Source: Rebecca billardiae RCC1528
Taxonomy: Eukaryota; Protista; Haptophyta
Reading direction: 5' to 3'
Assembly (NCBI GenBank): GCA_965240325.2
Contig: OZ251249.1
Span: 1 to 64,000 of the forward strand
DNA: 64,000 nucleotides
Shown here: piece after piece, positions 1-12,389 of the stretch
How the letters are laid out: each line of letters begins with the position of its first letter
Numbering within the stretch: the stretch's first letter is position 1
The notes under the pieces: model-generated
What the model saw: the letters and a program-made list of their open reading frames with translations, nothing else
Databases searched by the model: none
Told to the model about the DNA's origin: nothing
Program-made: the position numbers and the translations under genes

Positions 1-18
1 ACCCTAACCCTAACCCTC

Positions 19-50
<32 letters not shown>

Positions 51-348
51 CCCTAACCCTAACCCTAACCCTAACCCTAACCCCTAACCCTAACCCCTAA
101 CCCTAACCCTAACCCTAACCCTAACCCTAACCCTAACCCTAACCCTAACCCTAACCCTAACCCTAACCCCTAACCCTAACCCTAACCCTAACCCTAACCC
201 TAACCCTAACCCTAACCCTAACCCCTAACCCTAACCCTAACCCTAACCCTAACCCTAACCCTAACCCTAACCCCTAACCCTAACCCTAACCCTAACCCTA
301 ACCCCCCTAACCTAACCCTAAACCCTAACCCTAACCCTAACCCTAACC

Positions 349-389
<41 letters not shown>

Positions 390-638
390 CCCTAACCCTA
401 ACCCTAACCCTAACCCTAACCCTAACCCTAACCCTAACCCTAACCCTAACCCTAACCCTAACCCTAACCCTAACCCTAACCCTAACCCTAACCCCTAACC
501 CTAACCCTAACCCTAACCCTAACCCTAACCCTAACCCTAACCCTAACCCTAACCCTAACCCTAACCCTAACCCTAACCCTAACCCTAACCCTAACCCTAA
601 CCCTAACCCTAACCCTAACCCTAACCCTAACCCTAACC

Positions 639-679
<41 letters not shown>

Positions 680-819
680 CCCTAACCCTAACCCTAACCC
701 TAACCCTAACCCTAACCCTAACCCTAACCCTAACCCTAACCCTAACCCTAACCCTAACCCTAACCCTAACCCTAACCCTAACCCTAACCCTAACCCTAAC
801 CCTAACCCTAACCCTAACC

Positions 820-860
<41 letters not shown>

Positions 861-968
861 CCCTAAACCTAACCCTAAACCCTAACCCCTAAACCCTAAC
901 CCTAACCCTAACCCTAACCCTAACCCTAACCCTAACCCTAACCCTAACCCTAACCCTAACCCCTAACC

Positions 969-1009
<41 letters not shown>

Positions 1010-1599
1010 CCCTAACCCTAACCCTAACCCTAACCCTAACCCTAACCCTAACCCTTAACCCTAACCCTAACCCTAACCCTAACCCTAACCCTAACCCTAA
1101 CCCTAACCCTAACCCTAACCCTAACCCTAACCCTAACCCTAACCCTAACCCCTAACCCTAACCCTAACCCTAACCCTAACCCTAACCCTAACCCTAACCC
1201 TAACCCTAACCCCTAACCTAACCTAACCCTAACCCTAACCCTAACCCTAACCCTAACCCTAACCCTAACCCTAACCCTAACCCTAACCCTAACCCTAACC
1301 CTAACCTAACCCTAACCCTAACCCTAACCCCCTAACCCTAACCCTAACCCCTAACCCTAACCCTAACCCTAACCCCTAACCCTAACCCTAACCCTAAACC
1401 TAACCCTAACCCTAACCCTAACCCTAACCCCTAACCCTAACCCTAACCCTAACCCTAACCCTAACCCTAACCCTAACCCTAACCCTAACCCTAACCCTAA
1501 CCCTAACCCTAACCCTAACCCTAACCCTAACCCTAACCCTAACCCTAACCCTAACCCTAACCCTAACCCTAACCCTAACCCTAACCCTAACCCTAACCC
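1..1599. repeat. Telomere, (CCCTAA)n (TTAGGG-type), left chromosome end
   Basis: Continuous CCCTAA hexamers from base 1 to ~1599 with scattered +/-1 homopolymer variants. Confidence 0.99.
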
Positions 1600-2511
1600 C
1601 GGACGCCGGCTGTGACGTCTCGGCCGGCCGGGCAGCATGGTGGGCACGTGAGGAGAGCGAGGGCGCGCGTGGGCGCCGCGCGCGGCGCGTACGCGCTAAC
1701 CGCGCGATCCACGCACACTGCGGGCATGCGCGCGGCGCCCTCACCACCGCCGCCGGCGCCGGTGGCGGCAGAAGGCTTGCACCTTGCTCTGCGCATTCAG
1801 TCATGAGGCTGTCGAAATAAGGCTCAAGGGTGGGGGCTGCCGCCCCCACACCCCCGCTTTTTTCTTCCGTGGGGGCTGCCGCCCCCACACCCCCGCTTTG
1901 GACCGCCTCCGAACGCTCGTTCAGCCCGCTCACTGCCGGCGGCGCCGGCGGCGGGCGCGGCGCGCGGGAGCAGCTCGGTGGCAGCCATCGTCGCCGGCGG
2001 CAATTTTTGGCGGTGGCATGGAAAAAACAAGTAGTCGTAGTATTCAAAAACCAATATTCGGACAGATTCGCCCGGTGAAACGGCCGCGCGCTGGACTGAG
2101 GCTCTGCTGCCGCCGCGCAATGGCGGCCGGCCCGCCCAGCGTCGTGGCTGGGCGACTCTGGAGGGTGAGAGCGGCGGAACGGCATATGAGAAGGGTCGGA
2201 AGAAGCTATCAGGCGACTCAGTGGGGCATGCTGGTCACGTCAGGCAGCTTTGTTGCCGCGCCCCCGACCCGCTCGCCACCTGCACTGTTGTTGGGCGCCG
2301 GTCGGGTCTGCAGCCGTGCGCCGAAGTAAACTGGTGGTCGTAAGGCTGAAGGGGGGGGCTGCCGCCGCCATACAGCCGCTCTTTATCTTGCGGGGCTGCC
2401 GCCTTCACACGCCCGCGCGCTCTTTCGGCCGCCTCCGCACGCTCGGTCAGCCCGCTCACCGCCAGCGCCGGTGGCGGCAGAAGGCTTGCACCTTGCTCTG
2501 CGCATTCAGTC

Positions 2512-5137
2512 CACAGTGCAGGATTGGAATTTTCCGTGACGCTTCGGACGGTCCGCAGCTCGAGTCAGCGAATCCGGTCTCGGCCGGACAGTGGAACTCG
2601 GGTGCGGAAGCCGCGACTTCGCGGCGGACGGAGCCTCAAACGAGCGGTGCCTCGGCTCGCGGCGCGATCTACTCGGCGAAGACCGACGAGGCTGCTCGCG
2701 GGCCCGACTATGCGTCGACGCGGGCTGGGGTCGTCTTCCGCGTGGCGCTGGGCAAGTTCCTCGCCGCCCTGACGGGTGCTCTCCTTTCGCCCTCACGGCG
2801 CGCGCGGTGCGTTTCGCGAGCTTCTTGCATGCGCCGCCCGCGGTTGCGCCCGAGCCTGATGCTTCAGTCGACACGGCAGGTGGCTCGCGCAGGGTGGGAT
2901 TGTGTGCGGGTGCCGCTGGCGGTGCGTCTCACCCTCCTGAAATTGTGTGGGAGGCTGTGACATTGCACGCGTACACCCCGCCACGCCCGCGCAAACGCCG
3001 CGCCGCGCAGTTGTCTTTGACCTCGAGCGAGCCTGAGGCGTGGAGGCGACCGACGGCGGGGTGCGACTTGCCCACCGACCCGAGCCGCATCACCCAGCGC
3101 AGCCTCGCCCGCGACGACGCTTCGCCTGGCTGCCACTGCTCAGCCGCGTGCAAGGCGGGCTGGGCGACGTCTTTGCCGAGCGCGGCTGCAGCGCAGCACG
3201 CGAGAGGCTGGAGCGCCATGACGCGGATGGCGGAGCGGGCTTTGGGCTGGCTGGCATGAGCCGCCAGGCTGTACCGTCCGCGCAGATCGCGCTCGGCCCG
3301 GCCGCAGCCCTCCTGAGCGCGCGCCTCAGAGCTGAGACTGATCACGTGCACGCGCACAAGCCACACTGCCGTGGCTGTGTCGAGCAGCTGCGTGTGCTCG
3401 AGGCGCGGCGCTCGCACGGGCCACGCGGGCGCAGCGGGTGCGCGCAGCTGGCGCACGCAGTGCCACGTCCTGCCGCGCCAGTTTGGCGGCCGTCCGCCCC
3501 CCCGAGCTCGAGTTCTGCGCGCTTTGCGACGGCGCGGCCGGCCGCGCCCATCTTTTCATGCTTGGGCACGCCAGCATGGCCGCCGCCGGGCCTGCTGCGC
3601 GCGCCGAAGCTGGAGGGCGGAGGAGGGCGCTGGGCTGCTCCTACGGCGTGCTGCAGCCCGGGCAGGCTTTTCCGCGGCGCGGCGAGGCCGTCGCGCCTGC
3701 TCGCCGCCGTCGAGTCGCCCGTGCTGAGTGACCGTCGGCCGCATGTGCTCGGCGGCACCGCAGGCAGGCGTCCCATACCAGTGTGCTCGAGCCGCTGCGC
3801 GCACCCAAGGCGAGCTGCTCGAGCGGGCTAGGTGGGCCCACGGAGTGCGCGCAGCTGGCGCACGCAGCCCCGCGTCATGGGGTGTCGGTTTGACGGTCGC
3901 CAGCCCCCGTGGGCTCGAGCTCTGTGCGCTTCACCACGGAGGTGCCGACGGCGCCCCGCGGCGCGCAACGGCGTGGCAGCATGGCCGCCGCCGGCGCCGC
4001 CGCACATGCCGCCGCTTACGGGCAGTCGAGAGCTTGGGGCAGCACCTACGGCATGCTGCAGCTCGGGCGGGCTCTGCCAGCCTGCTGTGGCGTGATCGCG
4101 CATTTTCCAGACCGTCGACTCGCCCGCGCTGCATATTTGTTTGCTGCGCGTGCTCGACGGCGCCGCTGCTGCCGCTACGGCCGCGCGTTGCTGCGTCGCG
4201 AGCGAGCCCGATGCGAGCTGAACGGCGGCGTGCTCATCGCTGCTGGCGCAGATGGGCGCGTCATGGTGGCCACGCACGATGCTGAGTGCTCGCGCGTGCC
4301 AGACGAGGCGCGTGCTCGCGCTGTGGCTCAATGTCCGGCAGTGCGCGTGGCAGGCCGCAGCTGCTCGACAACAGAACCAGCGGGCAGTGATCGGGCTGCG
4401 CGCGCGCAGCTGATGGCGGCGAACGAGCGAGCCCGCACCGCCGCGCAAGGGCTGGGCGACTGGCGCCGAGGTGGCGCGCACGTCGTCCGCTGCCGTTGGC
4501 ATCGCGGCGGACGCTTCAAGCTCGTTCGGCCGGCGTGTTTTCTCCGACGCCCACCTGCGAGCGCTGCCGGCACCGTGCTCGGGCGTCAGTATCGGTGGGC
4601 TCGAGCACGCGTGGTGAGGCGCTCGGAGCGGTCGACGGCCATGATCGGGCAGCGCACGGTGGGCGCAGGCCACGCGCACGCCAGCGCCCCGCGTGGCGTG
4701 GCTTCACGGGGCGCAGCCACCAGGAGACTGTGCTGCGACGAGCTCGGGCGCGCTCGGGCGCCGCTGCTCTGCATTTTCCCGAAAAATCGATTTTCGTGCC
4801 CTCGACCGGCGGTATGCCGCCGGGGTGGCCGCAGCTGCGCTCGGAGCAGCGCGCACGGGCACCGCCGTGTGCGCCCGCCCGCTTTCGCCGCCGCCGAGCT
4901 CGAGCACAGCGCTGCGCGGGGCTGCGTAATGCCAACGGCGCATGATTTTTTGCCCGCGCCGAGCGCGCGTCGGCGCGCGCAGCGCGCTCAGGTGTGGCCT
5001 GCTACCAAGGTCTGTGCCACGATTCGACGCGCCTATGGTGCGCCGAATTTAGGCGCACCGCTTCAGAATTGTCCGATGATTCGACTAGTGGTGCGGACAA
5101 CTTAAAACGTCACCCTGAGCAGTTTTCCGGCACTGTG
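2512..5137. mobile_element. Non-autonomous TIR DNA transposon A, copy 1 (CACAGTG...CACTGTG, 2-bp TSD TC; CMC/EnSpm-like)
   Basis: Empty units read cattcag-TC-atgagg. This unit reads cattcag-TC-[cacagtg...cactgtg]-TC-atgagg. Imperfect ~30-bp TIR, degenerate ~400-bp internal repeats (3437, 3843), no recognisable transposase. Confidence 0.85.
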
Positions 5138-5175
5138 TCATGAGGCTGTCGAAATAAGGCTCAAGGGTGGGGGCT

Positions 5176-7113
5176 TACCAGGTCGTTCCCCCTGCACTGG
5201 GAATCCGCGGTTTGGACATACGAGAAAAACAGCCGCAGGACGCACCCGTCGCTACCCGCGAATAAGATTTTCAGGTCTCGCGGGTGCGGATGTGCGTCAA
5301 TCGATGAGCTGGTCTCGCAATCCCAAAATTGAGCCGCAATGAGATACTGTAGATGGTGCAGGGAGCCCCCGGCCGGTGGCGGCTCGGCAGGCGAGGGCCG
5401 ACCAAATCTTGACCTTTGCCCTCGGCGGCAGGGCGGGCAGGCGAAGGCGGCCGAGCGCCGTTGGCGGCCGGCGCGCCCGGGGCACGGCGCTGCGGGCGCG
5501 GATGTGCTCGCGGAGCCGGCTTGCGTGGACAGGCTGTTGCGGGAGAGTATATGGCGCCCTCCTGCGCCGCGCGTCTCGCGCCACGCCTCTTTTCGCCGCG
5601 GCTCAGGGCAGCGCGCACGCGCGCGCCGCCTCGGAGGCCAGGGCCGCACCGTGCCCGCGCCGCAGCCGCAACCGCGCGCGCGCCGTGCGCGGCGTGGTCG
5701 GGAAGGAACGGGGGGTGCTGCCGGGCGAGATGACGACATCATGTGCGCACGCCATGCCGCCCCGCGGCGCCGCGAAAGGGCACGATAACGGATCCGCACA
5801 GCTGTTGACGAGTGCTGATTTCTTGTCGTGCCTGAAGCCAGACCTCGGAGCTCGAAGAAGATGATGAAAGTGCATCCGCGCGAGGAAAGCGTCGCACCCA
5901 GCACTTCTACACGACCACGTGGTGATGAACATTCATGTAAGAGTATCCCGCGTGCCCGCTTGGCACTGTTCTGTGTCTCAATGATCGTCCCGGCAAGGGT
6001 CACGACCGCGAGGCCGTGGCACACCATTCATAGTGTGACAACTCGAAGAGGCGTGCAAACGGACCAGCGACACGCTCGGCAAGGCGTGGCGGGGCGGCAT
6101 GGCGTGCGCACATGATATCGCCATCTCGCCCGGCAGCCGTGCCCGTTCCTTCCCGACCACGCCGCGCACGGCGCGCACGCGGTCGGCTGCGGCGCAGGCA
6201 AGGCTGGCCTTGAGGCGACGCGCCGCGTGCGCGCTGCCCTGAGCCGAGGCGAAAGAGGCGTGGCGCAAGTCGCGCGGTGCAGGAGGGCGGCAGATACTCT
6301 CCCACAACAGCCCGTCCACGCACGCCGGCTCCGCAAGCACATCCGCGCCCGCAGCGCCCTGGCCCGGGCGCGGCCCCCAGCGGTCACCGGACCGCGAGGC
6401 CGCGTGCACACCATTTGTGACAACTCGAAGAGGCGTGCAAATGGACCAGCGACACGCTCGGCAAGGCGTGGCGGGGCGGCATGGCGTGCGCACATGATAT
6501 CGCCATCTCGCCCGGCAGCCGCGCCCGTTCCTTCCCGACCACGCCGCGCACGGCGCGCGCGCGGTCGGCTGCGGCGCAGGCCGAAGGCTGGCCCCGGAGG
6601 CGGCGCGCGCGTGCGCGCTGCCCTGAGCCGAGGCGAAAGAGGCGTGGCGCAAGTCGCGCGGCGCAGGAGGGCGGCAGATACTCTCCCGCAACAGCCCGTC
6701 CACGCACGCCGGCTCCGCAAGCACATCCGCGCCCCCCAGCGCCGGGCCAGCTGCATCGCACTCGCCGCCCGGCCGCAGGCGCAGGGGGCGGGTCAGAATC
6801 GGTGCTCCGCACCCGCGGGAGGGCTCCCGCCTCCGCGGTTGCACGCGAAGAACTCATTTCCAGCGCCTCGATTTCGTGAGCGGACTATCGCTGACGAGGC
6901 TGATTACTGCGTTCCACGGCTTTGCCGCGCTCGGGATTTGGGTTCTCTAATGGATGGATGTACTTTCGTCATTTTCAATTGGAAACCTCGATTAGATCGT
7001 TCAAGTGGTCTGATAGAGCAAGCGGAAGAATAAATCTGCGTTGCTATGCCGCGGCCTCGTGCTCTGAATAGTGCGAAACCGCGGATTCCCAGTGCAGGGG
7101 GAACGACCTGGTA
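5176..7113. mobile_element. Non-autonomous TIR element B, copy 1 (38-bp perfect TIRs including terminal TA; no TSD)
   Basis: taccaggtcgttccccctgcactgggaatccgcggttt at 5176-5213 and its exact reverse complement at 7076-7113. The empty site gggggct^gccgccccc is present in other units. Confidence 0.88.
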
Positions 7114-7786
7114 GCCGCCCCCACACCCCCGCTTTTTTCTTCCGTGGGGGCTGCCGCCCCCACACCCCCGCTTTGGACCGCCTCCGAACGCTCGTTCAGC
7201 CCGCTCACTGCCGGCGGCGCCGGCGGCGGGCGCGGCGCGCGGGAGCAGCTCGGTGGCAGCCATCGTCGCCGGCGGCAATTTTTGGCGGTGGCATGGAAAA
7301 AACAAGTAGTCGTAGTATTCAAAAACCAATATTCGGACAGATTCGCCCGGTGAAACGGCCGCGCGCTGGACTGAGGCTCTGCTGCCGCCGCGCAATGGCG
7401 GCCGGCCCGCCCAGCGTCGTGGCTGGGCGACTCTGGAGGGTGAGAGCGGCGGAACGGCATATGAGAAGGGTCGGAAGAAGCTATCAGGCGACTCAGTGGG
7501 GCATGCTGGTCACGTCAGGCAGCTTTGTTGCCGCGCCCCCGACCCGCTCGCCACCTGCACTGTTGTTGGGCGCCGGTCGGGTCTGCAGCCGTGCGCCGAA
7601 GTAAACTGGTGGTCGTAAGGCTGAAGGGGGGGGCTGCCGCCGCCATACAGCCGCTCTTTATCTTGCGGGGCTGCCGCCTTCACACGCCCGCGCGCTCTTT
7701 CGGCCGCCTCCGCACGCTCGGTCAGCCCGCTCACCGCCAGCGCCGGTGGCGGCAGAAGGCTTGCACCTTGCTCTGCGCATTCAGTC

Positions 7787-10413
7787 CACAGTGCAGGATT
7801 GGAATTTTCCGTGACGCTTCGGACGGTCCGCAGCTCGAGTCAGCGAATCCGGTCTCGGCCGGACAGTGGAACTCGGGTGCGGAAGCCGCGACTTCGCGGC
7901 GGACGGAGCCTCAAACGAGCGGTGCCTCGGCTCGCGGCGCGATCTACTCGGCGAAGACCGACGAGGCTGCTCGCGGGCCCGACTATGCGTCGACGCGGGC
8001 TGGGGTCGTCTTCCGCGTGGCGCTGGGCAAGTTCCTCGCCGCCCTGACGGGTGCTCTCCTTTCGCCCTCACGGCGCGCGCGGTGCGTTTCGCGAGCTTCT
8101 TGCATGCGCCGCCCGCGGTTGCGCCCGAGCCTGATGCTTCAGTCGACACGGCAGGTGGCTCGCGCAGGGTGGGATTGTGTGCGGGTGCCGCTGGCGGTGC
8201 GTCTCACCCTCCTGAAATTGTGTGGGAGGCTGTGACATTGCACGCGTACACCCCGCCACGCCCGCGCAAACGCCGCGCCGCGCAGTTGTCTTTGACCTCG
8301 AGCGAGCCTGAGGCGTGGAGGCGACCGACGGCGGGGTGCGACTTGCCCACCGACCCGAGCCGCATCACCCAGCGCAGCCTCGCCCGCGACGACGCTTCGC
8401 CTGGCTGCCACTGCTCAGCCGCGTGCAAGGCGGGCTGGGCGACGTCTTTGCCGAGCGCGGCTGCAGCGCAGCACGCGAGAGGCTGGAGCGCCATGACGCG
8501 GATGGCGGAGCGGGCTTTGGGCTGGCTGGCATGAGCCGCCAGGCTGTACCGTCCGCGCAGATCGCGCTCGGCCCGGCCGCAGCCCTCCTGAGCGCGCGCC
8601 TCAGAGCTGAGACTGATCACGTGCACGCGCACAAGCCACACTGCCGTGGCTGTGTCGAGCAGCTGCGTGTGCTCGAGGCGCGGCGCTCGCACGGGCCACG
8701 CGGGCGCAGCGGGTGCGCGCAGCTGGCGCACGCAGTGCCACGTCCTGCCGCGCCAGTTTGGCGGCCGTCCGCCCCCCCGAGCTCGAGTTCTGCGCGCTTT
8801 GCGACGGCGCGGCCGGCCGCGCCCATCTTATTCATGCTTGGGCACGCCAGCATGGCCGCCGCCGGGCCTGCTGCGCGCGCCGAAGCTGGAGGGCGGAGGA
8901 GGGCGCTGGGCTGCTCCTACGGCGTGCTGCAGCCCGGGCAGGCTTTTCCGCGGCGCGGCGAGGCCGTCGCGCCTGCTCGCCGCCGTCGAGTCGCCCGTGC
9001 TGAGTGACCGTCGGCCGCATGTGCTCGGCGGCACCGCAGGCAGGCGTCCCATACCAGTGTGCTCGAGCCGCTGCGCGCACCCAAGGCGAGCTGCTCGAGC
9101 GGGCTAGGTGGGCCCACGGAGTGCGCGCAGCTGGCGCACGCAGCCCCGCGTCATGGGGTGTCGGTTTGACGGTCGCCAGCCCCCGTGGGCTCGAGCTCTG
9201 TGCGCTTCACCACGGAGGTGCCGACGGCGCCCCGCGGCGCGCAACGGCGTGGCAGCATGGCCGCCGCCGGCGCCGCCGCACATGCCGCCGCTTACGGGCA
9301 GTCGAGAGCTTGGGGCAGCACCTACGGCATGCTGCAGCTCGGGCGGGCTCTGCCAGCCTGCTGTGGCGTGATCGCGCATTTTCCAGACCGTCGACTCGCC
9401 CGCGCTGCATATTTGTTTGCTGCGCGTGCTCGACGGCGCCGCTGCTGCCGCTACGGCCGCGCGTTGCTGCGTCGCGAGCGAGCCCGATGCGAGCTGAACG
9501 GCGGCGTGCTCATCGCTGCTGGCGCAGATGGGCGCGTCATGGTGGCCACGCACGATGCTGAGTGCTCGCGCGTGCCAGACGAGGCGCGTGCTCGCGCTGT
9601 GGCTCAATGTCCGGCAGTGCGCGTGGCAGGCCGCAGCTGCTCGACAACAGAACCAGCGGGCAGTGATCGGGCTGCGCGCGCGCAGCTGATGGCGGCGAAC
9701 GAGCGAGCCCGCACCGCCGCGCAAGGGCTGGGCGACTGGCGCCGAGGTGGCGCGCACGTCGTCCGCTGCCGTTGGCATCGCGGCGGACGCTTCAAGCTCG
9801 TTCGGCCGGCGTGTTTTCTCCGACGCCCACCTGCGAGCGCTGCCGGCACCGTGCTCGGGCGTCAGTATCGGTGGGCTCGAGCACGCGTGGTGAGGCGCTC
9901 GGAGCGGTCGACGGCCATGATCGGGCAGCGCACGGTGGGCGCAGGCCACGCGCACGCCAGCGCCCCGCGTGGCGTGGCTTCACGGGGCGCAGCCACCAGG
10001 AGACTGTGCTGCGACGAGCTCGGGCGCGCTCGGGCGCCGCTGCTCTGCATTTTCCCGAAAAATCGATTTTCGTGCCCTCGACCGGCGGTATGCCGCCGGG
10101 GTGGCCGCAGCTGCGCTCGGAGCAGCGCGCACGGGCACCGCCGTGTGCGCCCGCCCGCTTTCGCCGCCGCCGAGCTCGAGCACAGCGCTGCGCGGGGCTG
10201 CGTAATGCCAACGGCGCATGATTTTTTGCCCGCGCCGAGCGCGCGTCGGCGCGCGCAGCGCGCTCAGGTGTGGCCTGCTACCAAGGTCTGTGCCACGATT
10301 CGACGCGCCTATGGTGCGCCGAATTTAGGCGCACCGCTTCAGAATTGTCCGATGATTCGACTAGTGGTGCGGACAACTTAAAACGTCACCCTGAGCAGTT
10401 TTCCGGCACTGTG
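7787..10413. mobile_element. TIR transposon A, copy 2
   Basis: Same termini and flanks as 2512-5137; the only difference seen is a 1-bp insertion near 8830. Confidence 0.85.
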
Positions 10414-10451
10414 TCATGAGGCTGTCGAAATAAGGCTCAAGGGTGGGGGCT

Positions 10452-12389
10452 TACCAGGTCGTTCCCCCTGCACTGGGAATCCGCGGTTTGGACATACGAG
10501 AAAAACAGCCGCAGGACGCACCCGTCGCTACCCGCGAATAAGATTTTCAGGTCTCGCGGGTGCGGATGTGCGTCAATCGATGAGCTGGTCTCGCAATCCC
10601 AAAATTGAGCCGCAATGAGATACTGTAGATGGTGCAGGGAGCCCCCGGCCGGTGGCGGCTCGGCAGGCGAGGGCCGACCAAATCTTGACCTTTGCCCTCG
10701 GCGGCAGGGCGGGCAGGCGAAGGCGGCCGAGCGCCGTTGGCGGCCGGCGCGCCCGGGGCACGGCGCTGCGGGCGCGGATGTGCTCGCGGAGCCGGCTTGC
10801 GTGGACAGGCTGTTGCGGGAGAGTATATGGCGCCCTCCTGCGCCGCGCGTCTCGCGCCACGCCTCTTTTCGCCGCGGCTCAGGGCAGCGCGCACGCGCGC
10901 GCCGCCTCGGAGGCCAGGGCCGCACCGTGCCCGCGCCGCAGCCGCAACCGCGCGCGCGCCGTGCGCGGCGTGGTCGGGAAGGAACGGGGGGTGCTGCCGG
11001 GCGAGATGACGACATCATGTGCGCACGCCATGCCGCCCCGCGGCGCCGCGAAAGGGCACGATAACGGATCCGCACAGCTGTTGACGAGTGCTGATTTCTT
11101 GTCGTGCCTGAAGCCAGACCTCGGAGCTCGAAGAAGATGATGAAAGTGCATCCGCGCGAGGAAAGCGTCGCACCCAGCACTTCTACACGACCACGTGGTG
11201 ATGAACATTCATGTAAGAGTATCCCGCGTGCCCGCTTGGCACTGTTCTGTGTCTCAATGATCGTCCCGGCAAGGGTCACGACCGCGAGGCCGTGGCACAC
11301 CATTCATAGTGTGACAACTCGAAGAGGCGTGCAAACGGACCAGCGACACGCTCGGCAAGGCGTGGCGGGGCGGCATGGCGTGCGCACATGATATCGCCAT
11401 CTCGCCCGGCAGCCGTGCCCGTTCCTTCCCGACCACGCCGCGCACGGCGCGCACGCGGTCGGCTGCGGCGCAGGCAAGGCTGGCCTTGAGGCGACGCGCC
11501 GCGTGCGCGCTGCCCTGAGCCGAGGCGAAAGAGGCGTGGCGCAAGTCGCGCGGTGCAGGAGGGCGGCAGATACTCTCCCACAACAGCCCGTCCACGCACG
11601 CCGGCTCCGCAAGCACATCCGCGCCCGCAGCGCCCTGGCCCGGGCGCGGCCCCCAGCGGTCACCGGACCGCGAGGCCGCGTGCACACCATTTGTGACAAC
11701 TCGAAGAGGCGTGCAAATGGACCAGCGACACGCTCGGCAAGGCGTGGCGGGGCGGCATGGCGTGCGCACATGATATCGCCATCTCGCCCGGCAGCCGCGC
11801 CCGTTCCTTCCCGACCACGCCGCGCACGGCGCGCGCGCGGTCGGCTGCGGCGCAGGCCGAAGGCTGGCCCCGGAGGCGGCGCGCGCGTGCGCGCTGCCCT
11901 GAGCCGAGGCGAAAGAGGCGTGGCGCAAGTCGCGCGGCGCAGGAGGGCGGCAGATACTCTCCCGCAACAGCCCGTCCACGCACGCCGGCTCCGCAAGCAC
12001 ATCCGCGCCCCCCAGCGCCGGGCCAGCTGCATCGCACTCGCCGCCCGGCCGCAGGCGCAGGGGGCGGGTCAGAATCGGTGCTCCGCACCCGCGGGAGGGC
12101 TCCCGCCTCCGCGGTTGCACGCGAAGAACTCATTTCCAGCGCCTCGATTTCGTGAGCGGACTATCGCTGACGAGGCTGATTACTGCGTTCCACGGCTTTG
12201 CCGCGCTCGGGATTTGGGTTCTCTAATGGATGGATGTACTTTCGTCATTTTCAATTGGAAACCTCGATTAGATCGTTCAAGTGGTCTGATAGAGCAAGCG
12301 GAAGAATAAATCTGCGTTGCTATGCCGCGGCCTCGTGCTCTGAATAGTGCGAAACCGCGGATTCCCAGTGCAGGGGGAACGACCTGGTA
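10452..12389. mobile_element. TIR element B, copy 2
   Basis: Same TIRs and flanks as 5176-7113, offset by 5276 bp. Confidence 0.88.

Noticed and set aside
1-1599. Variant telomere units (CCCCTAA, CCTAA, CCCTAAA) as biological variants
   Set aside because: They are +/-1 homopolymer changes with no pattern, which cannot be told apart from long-read consensus error.
1369-2185. ORFs with (GL)n and (VR)n tails
   Set aside because: They are translations of the telomeric repeat.
5037-5089. Helitron 3' end inside element A (hairpin ggtgcgcc...ggcgcacc, then CTAGT)
   Set aside because: The gap to CTAG is 25 nt, longer than usual, and the site lies within a TIR/TSD-bounded element; a subterminal palindrome is more likely.
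2512-5137. True RAG recombination signal pair
   Set aside because: There is no ACAAAAACC nonamer at 12/23 spacing, and the TSD is 2 bp rather than 5 bp.
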